Source: Solirubrobacteraceae bacterium
Lineage (GTDB): Bacteria; Actinomycetota; Thermoleophilia; Solirubrobacterales; Solirubrobacteraceae
Direction: 5' to 3'
DNA length: 47,697 bases
Assembly (NCBI GenBank): GCA_035506775.1
Contig: DATJOU010000195.1
Span: 1 to 47,697 of the forward strand
Shown here piece after piece: positions 35,823 through 44,200 of this stretch (positions are counted from its first letter, which is position 1; the number at the start of each line of letters is the position of its first letter). A program made the translations under genes and the position numbers. The notes under the pieces are model-generated. The model was given only the letters and a program-made list of their open reading frames with translations. It did not search any database and was not told the DNA's origin.

Positions 35823-37379
35823 CTATCCGGCGCGGCGGGGGACCTGCGACCAGCGCGGACGGGCGAGCGCGCGGGGCATCCGCAGGGCCGGGGGCAGGAC
35901 CCGCCTGACGGCCGACTGCTGGGTCCGCCAGGTGGCCGGGAAGCACACCCTCAGGGTCAGCAGGTAGGCCGGCACCGCCACCGCCCCGATCGCCAGCAAC
36001 CAGATCGCCGCCGGCGCCCCGGCGGCCGTCAGCCCGGCGCTCGCGGGCACGGCGACGGCGGCCAGGCCGAGGCACGACACGACCGCCGGGCCGGCGTCCT
36101 CCCACAGGCGCCGGACCGGGTGTTCGGCCGACCCGCGCAGCATCAGCCGGTAGGCCAGGACGGCGAACAGCGTGTGTACGACCGCCGCGTCGATCGCGAC
36201 GGCGACGATCCCCCAGTGGACCACTAGCAGCACCGAGAGTCCGTAGGTGGTGAAGTGCGCCAGCCCGAACCCGAGCAGCGCACGTGCCCGGCCGCTGGCC
36301 ATCAGGACCGTGCCGGCGGCGTTGGCGACCAGCGTGGCGCCGCCCCCCAGGCACAGGATCTGGACCGGCACCACGGCGTCGTGCCAGTGCGGACCGAAGA
36401 AGAAGGGGATCGCCACCGGGGCCGAGATCGCGAGCAGCACCAGCAGCGGGAACAGGACCGTGGTCAGCATGCCGACCATGCGCCTGTACAGGCGGGTGAG
36501 CTCCTCGTGGCTGGACGCCCGCGAGAGCACGGGGAACCCGACCGAGCCCATCACCATCGCGAGCTTGCTCTGGTATTCGACCGCGACCGTGTATGCACGG
36601 AAGTAGATCCCGGTCTGGAAGGCGCCCAGGCGCGCGCCGATGATCGCGTAGTCGATGTTGCTGAACCCGACCCAGCTGACCGTGGCCAGCGAGGCCGGTA
36701 GCCCGTAGGCGAGCAGCTCCCGGGCCGCGCGGCGGTACAGGCGGGGCAGCGGGGGAGGGGCGCTGAACCACATGATCATGGCCGAGGTCACGGCTCCGGC
36801 GAGCACGCCCAGGACGAGCGCTTCGCCTTCCAGCCCCGAGAGTGCGAGCCCCACACAGGCGGCTGCCCGCACGAAGGTGCCGATCACTTCCGCCTCGCTC
36901 AGCCTGCGGAAGGCCATCCTGCGTTGCAGGCTCGCGGTCGGCACGGTCCCCATCGCCGACACCACGCACAGAGGGGCCATCAGGCGCACGAAGAAGGCCG
37001 TTCGCGCGCCGAACACCGGCGTGACGATCACGCTGGCCGCCACGAGCGTCACCAGGGCCAGCCCGAACCCGGCCAGCAGCGCCAGCGCGGTGCCGCTCTG
37101 CAGGTGCTCCCGGCTGACGGTCTTGCGCTGGACGAGGGCGGCGCTCAGACCTCCGGAGACGATCAGATAGGCGACTTCCTGCGCGATCAGCGCGATTGCC
37201 ACCCGCCCGAATTCGGCGGGCGCGATCAGGCGTGCCAGGATCAGCACCGAGCCGAGCTGGATCACCTCGGTGGCAGGACGGGCGATCGCCGACCAGCGCA
37301 GGCCGTGGGCCGCCGCCTCTCGCAGCTCCTCCGCGGACTTCGAGTCCGTCGCCGGGGCGTCGCTCGTGACGGTGCTCAT
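35823..37379 (-). CDS. Wzx-type polysaccharide flippase (MOP family)
   Basis: ILARLIAPAEFG, ALVQRK, LQRRMAFRRL, NIDYAIIGARLG, GIYFRAY; multiple TM helices. Confidence 0.9.
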   Translation of the reverse strand: MSTVTSDAPATDSKSAEELREAAAHGLRWSAIARPATEVIQLGSVLILARLIAPAEFGRVAIALIAQEVAYLIVSGGLSAALVQRKTVSREHLQSGTALALLAGFGLALVTLVAASVIVTPVFGARTAFFVRLMAPLCVVSAMGTVPTASLQRRMAFRRLSEAEVIGTFVRAAACVGLALSGLEGEALVLGVLAGAVTSAMIMWFSAPPPLPRLYRRAARELLAYGLPASLATVSWVGFSNIDYAIIGARLGAFQTGIYFRAYTVAVEYQSKLAMVMGSVGFPVLSRASSHEELTRLYRRMVGMLTTVLFPLLVLLAISAPVAIPFFFGPHWHDAVVPVQILCLGGGATLVANAAGTVLMASGRARALLGFGLAHFTTYGLSVLLVVHWGIVAVAIDAAVVHTLFAVLAYRLMLRGSAEHPVRRLWEDAGPAVVSCLGLAAVAVPASAGLTAAGAPAAIWLLAIGAVAVPAYLLTLRVCFPATWRTQQSAVRRVLPPALRMPRALARPRWSQVPRRAG

Positions 37380-37407
37380 CGGGATCCGGGGGCGGCCCGC
37401 CGGGCGC

Positions 37408-38343
37408 TCATCGCAGGGCCGCGGAGACCAGCGTGCGCTTGGCCGACACGATCCGCTCCGCCAGTGGGCGGCGCAGCTGGTCGGGGGTCGAGAGCACGAG
37501 CGTCCACGCCAGCGCCCGCGCCGTCGGCCAGCGGCGCAGCGAGGACACGAACAGCGTCCGCGCCTCCCGGGGGCGGTGCTGGTCGACGATCAGCCGGGCG
37601 ATCTCGAGCAGGTCGTCCGCCTGCACGGCGCGGACCTGGTGGGGGCCGCGGACCACGCCGGCGTAGCGCCTGTGGACCGTGTAGACGCCTTCCCGCATCC
37701 GCAGTTCGTTCTGCGAGACCTGCTGGGGATGGACGCGGTAGCGAACGAGCAGCCGCGGGTCGTAGAAGAACACCGCCCCGGCCGCGAACGCCCGCAGCCA
37801 GAAGTCATAGTCCTCGCATGCCAGCGTCCCGTCGAACGGTCCCAGGCGCTCGTACAGCTCGCGCCTGACCAGCGGCGCGGAGGCGCACACGAAGTTCCTC
37901 CGATACAACCGCCTCGCCAGCTTCCGCGGCTCCAGCACGCCCGCCTCCGGGAAGCTCACCCGTGGCCCCTCGACCATGCCGAAGAAGCGGGACCCGGTCA
38001 CGACGATGTCCACCTCGGGATGGGTCCGCACCGCTTCCAGCTGGCGCTCGAGCTTGTCCGCCTCCCAGATGTCGTCGGCGTCGCACTTCGCCACGAAGTC
38101 CCCCCGAGCCTCCGAGAACAGCCGGTTCATCGCCCCCACGTGTCCCTGGTTTCGCTGCCTTATGACGCGGATCTCGTTGCGGAACGGCAGCAGCTCCTCC
38201 TGCGTGGCGTCGGTCGACCCGTCGTCCACGACCACGACCTCGTTCGGGGGGCGGGTCTGGGACAGGATCCCGCGCAACGATTCTGCGATGTAGCGCTCGC
38301 CGTTGAAGACGGGCACCACCGCGCTGACCGTGGGGCCGCTCAC
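37408..38343 (-). CDS. Glycosyltransferase family 2
   Basis: VSAVVPVFNGE, VDDGSTD, CDADDIW, EDYDFWLR; C-terminal part of ORF 37408..40848, GTG 38343 overlapping the upstream stop. Confidence 0.9.
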   Translation of the reverse strand: MSGPTVSAVVPVFNGERYIAESLRGILSQTRPPNEVVVVDDGSTDATQEELLPFRNEIRVIRQRNQGHVGAMNRLFSEARGDFVAKCDADDIWEADKLERQLEAVRTHPEVDIVVTGSRFFGMVEGPRVSFPEAGVLEPRKLARRLYRRNFVCASAPLVRRELYERLGPFDGTLACEDYDFWLRAFAAGAVFFYDPRLLVRYRVHPQQVSQNELRMREGVYTVHRRYAGVVRGPHQVRAVQADDLLEIARLIVDQHRPREARTLFVSSLRRWPTARALAWTLVLSTPDQLRRPLAERIVSAKRTLVSAALR

Positions 38344-39320
38344 GACGGCGCCCCCTGGCGGATGCCGAGCAGGTCGTCGAACCCGCGACTGAGCCTCACC
38401 AGCCGCTCCCCCGCCCGCTCGCGCACGCCGGCGGGCAGGCCGAGGATCGCGATCCACGCCAGCGCCCGGGTGCAGTCCGACGCGCCCAGTCCGCGGGCGT
38501 GGCCCAGGCTCTCGTGGAAGCCCTGGCGGGCCCGGGCCGTGTCGCCCTCGTCCACCTTCCGCCGCGCGATCCTGAACAGCAGGGGTGCGAGCGCGTCGTC
38601 CACCACCCGGCGGTCGCTCACGTCGGCTTCGTACCAGCGCCGGACCTGGCAGGTGCAGTCGTCCATCCAGCCCGTCTGCGCCGACAGGTTGGTCTCGTGC
38701 TGGCGATAGCGCAGCAGCGGCCGCTCGTCGTAGTAGAAGCGGGCACCGGCCCGCAGGCAGCGGAACCAGTACTCGTAGTCGTCGGCCCCGAACTTCTCCA
38801 CGAACCCTCCCAGCGACTCGAACAGCGAGCGGCGGATGACCACCGAGGGGGCACACACGCAGTTGGCGGCGAACAGGGCGTTGCGGAACGAGTCGCTGTC
38901 GAGCAGGCCGCTGACAGGAGGCCGGGCGTGCTCGCTCTCGATGCGCCCGAACATCCTCGCGTGTCCGAACAGCACGTCCGCCTCGGGGTGGCGTCGGATC
39001 GCCTGCGTCTGCCACTCCAGCTTGCGCGGCTCCCAGATGTCGTCGGCCCCGCACATCGCCACGAAGTCGCCGCGGGCCTCCCGGAAGGCGGTGTTGAACG
39101 CGGCCGGGCAGCCCCCGTTGGCGCGCCTCACGACCCGGATGCGCCGTGCGTAGCGCTCGAGCTCGCGCGCGGTCCCGTCGGTCGAGCCGTCGTCCACCAC
39201 CACCACCTCGTCGGGCGGGCGGGTCTGGCCGAGGATCGCATCCAGCGCCTCCCCGATCCACTCCTGCGCCTGATAGGCGGCTACGACGGCCGATATCGAT
39301 GGTTCGGCTGCAGCCGCCAT
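38340..39320 (-). CDS. Glycosyltransferase family 2
   Basis: ISAVVAAYQ, VDDGSTD, CGADDIW, DDYEYWFR; paralog of the downstream GT2. Confidence 0.9.
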   Translation of the reverse strand: MAAAAEPSISAVVAAYQAQEWIGEALDAILGQTRPPDEVVVVDDGSTDGTARELERYARRIRVVRRANGGCPAAFNTAFREARGDFVAMCGADDIWEPRKLEWQTQAIRRHPEADVLFGHARMFGRIESEHARPPVSGLLDSDSFRNALFAANCVCAPSVVIRRSLFESLGGFVEKFGADDYEYWFRCLRAGARFYYDERPLLRYRQHETNLSAQTGWMDDCTCQVRRWYEADVSDRRVVDDALAPLLFRIARRKVDEGDTARARQGFHESLGHARGLGASDCTRALAWIAILGLPAGVRERAGERLVRLSRGFDDLLGIRQGAPS

Positions 39321-39456
39321 ATCGCGCAATCAACGAGGGATCCGCGGCGCTTCTCGCATCCGGGGCGCCCACCGCAGGGCCGCGGGCGGATGCTTTCACG
39401 AGCCCCGGTTTCGGGAGCCGGCGGAAAAAGCTCGGGTGGCGGACCGTTGAGGAGGC

Positions 39457-40458
39457 ATGGGTGTCTGCGACATGCACGGTGAGCGCGCACTGATCACCGG
39501 TGGCGCGGGTGCCGTGGGGTCGAACATCGCCGACCAGCTCGTCAGGGCCGGGGTGCAGGAGGTGGTGGTGCTCGACAACTTCGTCCGTGGGAGGCGTGAG
39601 AACCTCACCTGGGCGCTGGCCAACGGGCCGGTGCGGCTGGTCGAGGGGGACATCCGCGACCGCGAGCTGGTGCATGAGCTGACCCGCGGTATCGACGTGG
39701 TCTTCCACCAGGCGGCGCTGCGGATCACCCAGTGCGCCGCCGAACCCCGTGTCGCCCTCGAGGTGATGGTGGACGGCACCTACAACGTGATCGAGGCGGC
39801 CCTCGAGGCCGGCGTGCGGCGCGTCGTGGCGGCATCCTCGGCCTCGGTGTACGGGCTCGCGGAAGACTTCCCGACCACCGAGCTGCATCACCCCTACGCC
39901 AACGACACCCTGTACGGGGCGGCCAAGACCTTCAACGAGGGTCTCCTGCGCAGCTTCTACGCGATGCAGGAGCTCGACTACGTGGCGCTGCGCTACTTCA
40001 ACGTGTACGGCCCCCGGATGGACATCCACGGCGTCTACACCGAGGTGCTCGTGCGCTGGATGGAGCGGATCGACGCCGGCGGCTCGCCGCTGATCCTCGG
40101 AGACGGCTCGCAGACGATGGACTTCGTCCACATGGAGGACGTCGCCCGCGCGAACCTGCTCGCGGCCACGATCGACGCCAACGACGTCGTGTTCAACGTG
40201 GCCAGCGGCGAGGAGACCAGCCTGCTGGAGCTCGCCCACCTGCTGATCGAGGTGATGGGCTCGAACGTGTCGGTCGAATACGGACCCGAGCGCAGCGTCA
40301 ACAAGGTCCCCCGCCGGCTCGCCGACACCACCTGCGCCCGCGAGCTGCTGGGCTTCGAGGCCGAGATCGGCCTCGAGGAGGGCCTGCGGAGGCTCGTGGA
40401 CTGGTGGCGGGGCGAGCGCGTCCAGCCACCCCCGGCGGCGCTCGCGGCCGCTCCCTGA
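39457..40458 (+). CDS. NAD-dependent epimerase/dehydratase (UDP-hexose 4-epimerase-like)
   Basis: ITGGAGAVG, FHQAA, SSASVYG, YGAAK, RYFNVYGP; GAGGAGG SD. Confidence 0.92.
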   Translation: MGVCDMHGERALITGGAGAVGSNIADQLVRAGVQEVVVLDNFVRGRRENLTWALANGPVRLVEGDIRDRELVHELTRGIDVVFHQAALRITQCAAEPRVALEVMVDGTYNVIEAALEAGVRRVVAASSASVYGLAEDFPTTELHHPYANDTLYGAAKTFNEGLLRSFYAMQELDYVALRYFNVYGPRMDIHGVYTEVLVRWMERIDAGGSPLILGDGSQTMDFVHMEDVARANLLAATIDANDVVFNVASGEETSLLELAHLLIEVMGSNVSVEYGPERSVNKVPRRLADTTCARELLGFEAEIGLEEGLRRLVDWWRGERVQPPPAALAAAP

Positions 40459-40546
40459 GCGGCTGATCAGGCCTTCTCCGCCGCACTTTCCATAAGCGGC
40501 GCAAATAACAGGGCTGCTCGGCGTTCCTTGCGTAGTGGGAAGCCAT

Positions 40547-41263
40547 GTGATCGATGAACCCACCCCGACGCCGGTCGGCGCACTCGGGGGCACCGCGGCG
40601 CTTCCTACGCGAGGCGCCGGGACGTTCGACGGTGCCTGCAGGGCGCTCGACGTCGTCGTCTCGGCCGCTCTGCTGGTCGTGCTGGCGCCCCTGCTGGCGC
40701 TGATCGCGCTGGTCATCAAGCTGGACTCACCCGGTCCGGCGATGTTCCGCCAGCGGCGTCTGGGGCACGAGCTCGAGCCCTTCACGGTGCACAAGTTCCG
40801 GACCATGGAACACGGTGCCACCGAAGAGCACCACCGGCGCTTCGTCACCGAGCTGATCAGCAGCGAGGTGTCCGGGGACGGGGATGGCGCCTCCGGGGAG
40901 GGCGGGTCTCAGTACAAGATGACCGAGGACACTCGGGTTACCCGCTGTGGGCGCCTGCTGCGCCGCTCGAGCCTCGACGAGCTGCCGCAGCTGTGGAACG
41001 TGCTGCGGGGCGAGATGTCGCTGGTCGGTCCGCGCCCGCCGATCCCCTACGAGGTCGAGCAGTACCCGCCGCACTGGTTCGCCCGCTTCGCCGTCAAACC
41101 TGGCCTGACGGGGCTGTGGCAGGTCAACGGGCGCTCGGACGTGAGTCTCGAGGAGATGGTCGCCCTCGACGTCGAGTACATCCGCCGGCGCTCCCTGTGG
41201 CTGAACCTGAAGATCCTCGTATGGACCGTCCCGGCGGTGCTCAGCACGCGGGGGGCGTGGTGA
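40547..41263 (+). CDS. Bacterial sugar transferase (priming glycosyl-1-phosphotransferase)
   Basis: KFRTM, DTRVTRCG, RRSSLDELPQL, GEMSLVGPRP, KPGLTGLWQVNGR; start GTG 40547 or 40535. Confidence 0.92.
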   Translation: MIDEPTPTPVGALGGTAALPTRGAGTFDGACRALDVVVSAALLVVLAPLLALIALVIKLDSPGPAMFRQRRLGHELEPFTVHKFRTMEHGATEEHHRRFVTELISSEVSGDGDGASGEGGSQYKMTEDTRVTRCGRLLRRSSLDELPQLWNVLRGEMSLVGPRPPIPYEVEQYPPHWFARFAVKPGLTGLWQVNGRSDVSLEEMVALDVEYIRRRSLWLNLKILVWTVPAVLSTRGAW

Positions 41264-44200
41264 TGGCGGCCCGGCCGTGGCGGAACGCCCGCCGGCTGCT
41301 GCCGGGCTGGGGCGCGCTGCTGGTGCTGCTCGTGCTGGCGCTCGCGCTCGCACTGTCGCCGGCGAGGACGGCCGCGGCGGGTGCCGAAGAAGACAACTGC
41401 GCCTCGACCGAAAACCCGATCGCGTGCGAGAACGCACTCCCCGGGGACAAACCGAGCAACTGGCAGGTCCAGGGGGTCGGGAACGCCGCTCTGCAGGGGT
41501 TCGCGACCTCGATGAGCGTCAACGTCGGCGAAACCGAGCACTTCAAGATCGACACCACGGCCTCCTCCTACAAAATCGAAATCCTGCGCCTGGGCTACTA
41601 CGACGGCGACGGGGCGCGGGTGGTGGCCTCGGGCATCACCCCGATCGCCGTCCAGGACCAGCCGGAATGCCTCAAAGAACCCGCCACCGGCCTGATCGAC
41701 TGCGGCAACTGGGGCATGTCGGCGGAATGGACGGTGCCGAGCAACGCGGTCTCGGGCGTCTACGTCGCGGAGCTGACCCCGAGCGGCTCGGGTGGCAAAA
41801 GCCAGATCATCTTCGTGGTCCGCAACGACGCCGGCCACGCCCCGATCCTCCTGCAGGTCTCCGACGCCACCTGGGAGGCATACAACGAATACGGGGGCAA
41901 CAGCCTCTACACGTGCACCGTGGCCTGCCCCCCCGGGGAACCGAAAGAGTACAAGGGCGCCTACTCGGTCTCCTTCAACCGGCCCTTCAGCGGCGGACTC
42001 ATCACCGACAACGGCGCCTCCTACCTGTGGTACGCCGAATACCAGATGATGTTGTGGCTCGAAGAGAACGGCTACAACGTCGCCTACACGACCGAGGAGG
42101 AAGTGGACCGCAACGGGGCGCTGCTGAAGAACCACAAGGTCTTCATGTCGAGCGGTCACGACGAGTACTGGTCGGCCGGGCAGCGGGCGAACGTCGAAGC
42201 GGCACGTGAAGCCGGTGTCAACCTCGCCTTCTTCAGCGGCAACGAGATCTTCTGGAAGACGCGCTGGGGACCGAGCATCGACGGGTCCAACACGGCCTAC
42301 CGGACGCTCACGAGCTACAAGGAGACCCACTTCGAAGGCCCCGTCGACCCCAAGGACCCGCCCACCTGGACGGGCGCCTGGCGCGACCCCCGCAGCCCCA
42401 ACGCCGACGGCGGCCGGCCCGAAAACGAACTCTCGGGGCAGCAGTTCGAGGTCAACGCCGGCACCTCCTCGATCGGCGTCCCCTCGCAGTACCGCAAACT
42501 GCGACTGTGGCGCAACACCTCGGTCGCGAACCTCAAATCGGGTCAGGAAGTCACGCTCGGGAAAAACACGCTCGGCTACGAGTGGGACGAAGACGTCGAC
42601 AACGGCTTTCGCCCGTCGGGGGAGTACGAGCTGTCCTCCACCACCGTCAGCAGCCTGCAGAAATTCACCGACTACGGCAGCTCGCTGAACGAAAACGCAA
42701 CCGGCACCCACCACCTGACGATGTACCGGGCGAAGAGCGGTGCGCTGGTGTTCGGGGCCGGCACCGTGCAGTGGTCCTGGGGCCTTGAAAACGTGAACGC
42801 CTGGGGCGAGTCGAGCACCGACCCCGAGCTGTACGCACCGAGCCTTGCGATGGAACAGTTCACCGTCAACCTGCTGGCGGAAATGGGCGTCCAGCCGGGA
42901 TCCCTCGAATCGGGCCTGATCGCCGGGACCCAGTCGACCGACACGACTCCCCCCAGCTCGACGATCACCGCTCCGAAAGCCAACGAAACGCTGGCCGAGG
43001 GCAAATCGACGACGGTCACCGGGACCGCGACCGACTCCGGAGGGGGGGTGGTGGCCGGGGTCGAAGTCTCGACCGACAACGGCGCCAGCTGGCACCCGGC
43101 GACGCTCACGACCGCCGACGAACAGACGGTGAGCTGGACCTACACCTGGTCGCCCAACCACTGGCCCGGCACGACGATCAAATCCCGGGCGGTGGACGAC
43201 AGCAACAACGTGGAGACGCCGTCGGCCGGCGTGTCGGTGAAAGTCGGCTGCCCGTGCTCGATCTGGGGCGCGGTGGCTCCCACGACGCCGGTGTCGAGCG
43301 ACCCCAACTCGATCACCGTGGGCGTGAAGTTCACCGCCGAAGTGGGCGGGACCGTGACCGGGATCCGCTTCTACAAGGCGACCACGGACACCGGGACCCA
43401 CGTGGGGAGCCTCTGGAGTGCGGGTGGCACGCTGCTGGCCTCGGCCACGTTCACCAACGAAACCTCCTCCGGCTGGCAGCAGGTGAACTTCTCGAAACCG
43501 GTGAGCGTCTCCGCCGGCACGACCTACGTCGCGGCCTACCTCGCGCCCGCCGGTCACTACGAGCAGTCGCCCAACTACTTCTACACGCCCGCGGGTGAAG
43601 GTGGGCAGATCCTCAACAGCCCGCCCCTGCACGCGGTCTCGGCGTCCTCCGAACCCGTCGGGGGGGCGTTCGGCTCGGCCAACGGGGTGTACACGTACGG
43701 CAGCGGCAGCGTGTTCCCCACCACCAGCGACGAAGGGGCCAACTACTGGGTGGACGTCCTTTTCGAACCCGAATCGCTCGTGGCTCCCGGCCAGGTGACG
43801 AAAGTCTCCGCGACGGCGGGGAGCGGGTCGGCGACGGTCAACTGGACCGCTCCCTCGACGGGCGGCACGCCGACCCAGTACACGATCACCCCGTACATCG
43901 GCAAAGCGGCCCAGACGACCACCACCGTCACCGCTCCGGCGACGAGCGCGACGGTGGGCGGGTTGACCTCGGGGACGAGCTACACGTTCACGGTCACGGC
44001 GTCCAACCCGACCGGCTCCGGGCCGGTCTCGGAAGCGTCCAACGCCGTCACCCCGACGAGCGCGACGGCCCCGGCGGCGCCGACCGAAGTGGTCGCCCTG
44101 GCCTCGAGCGGGTCGGCGTCGGTCAGCTGGAACGCACCGTCCAACGACGGCAGCCCGATCACCGAGTACACGATCACCCCGTACATCGGCTCGGCCGCCC

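Noticed and set aside
38344-40848. N-terminal ~830 aa of ORF 37408..40848
   Set aside because: Overlaps real genes in other frames or strands; only the last 311 codons look like a GT2
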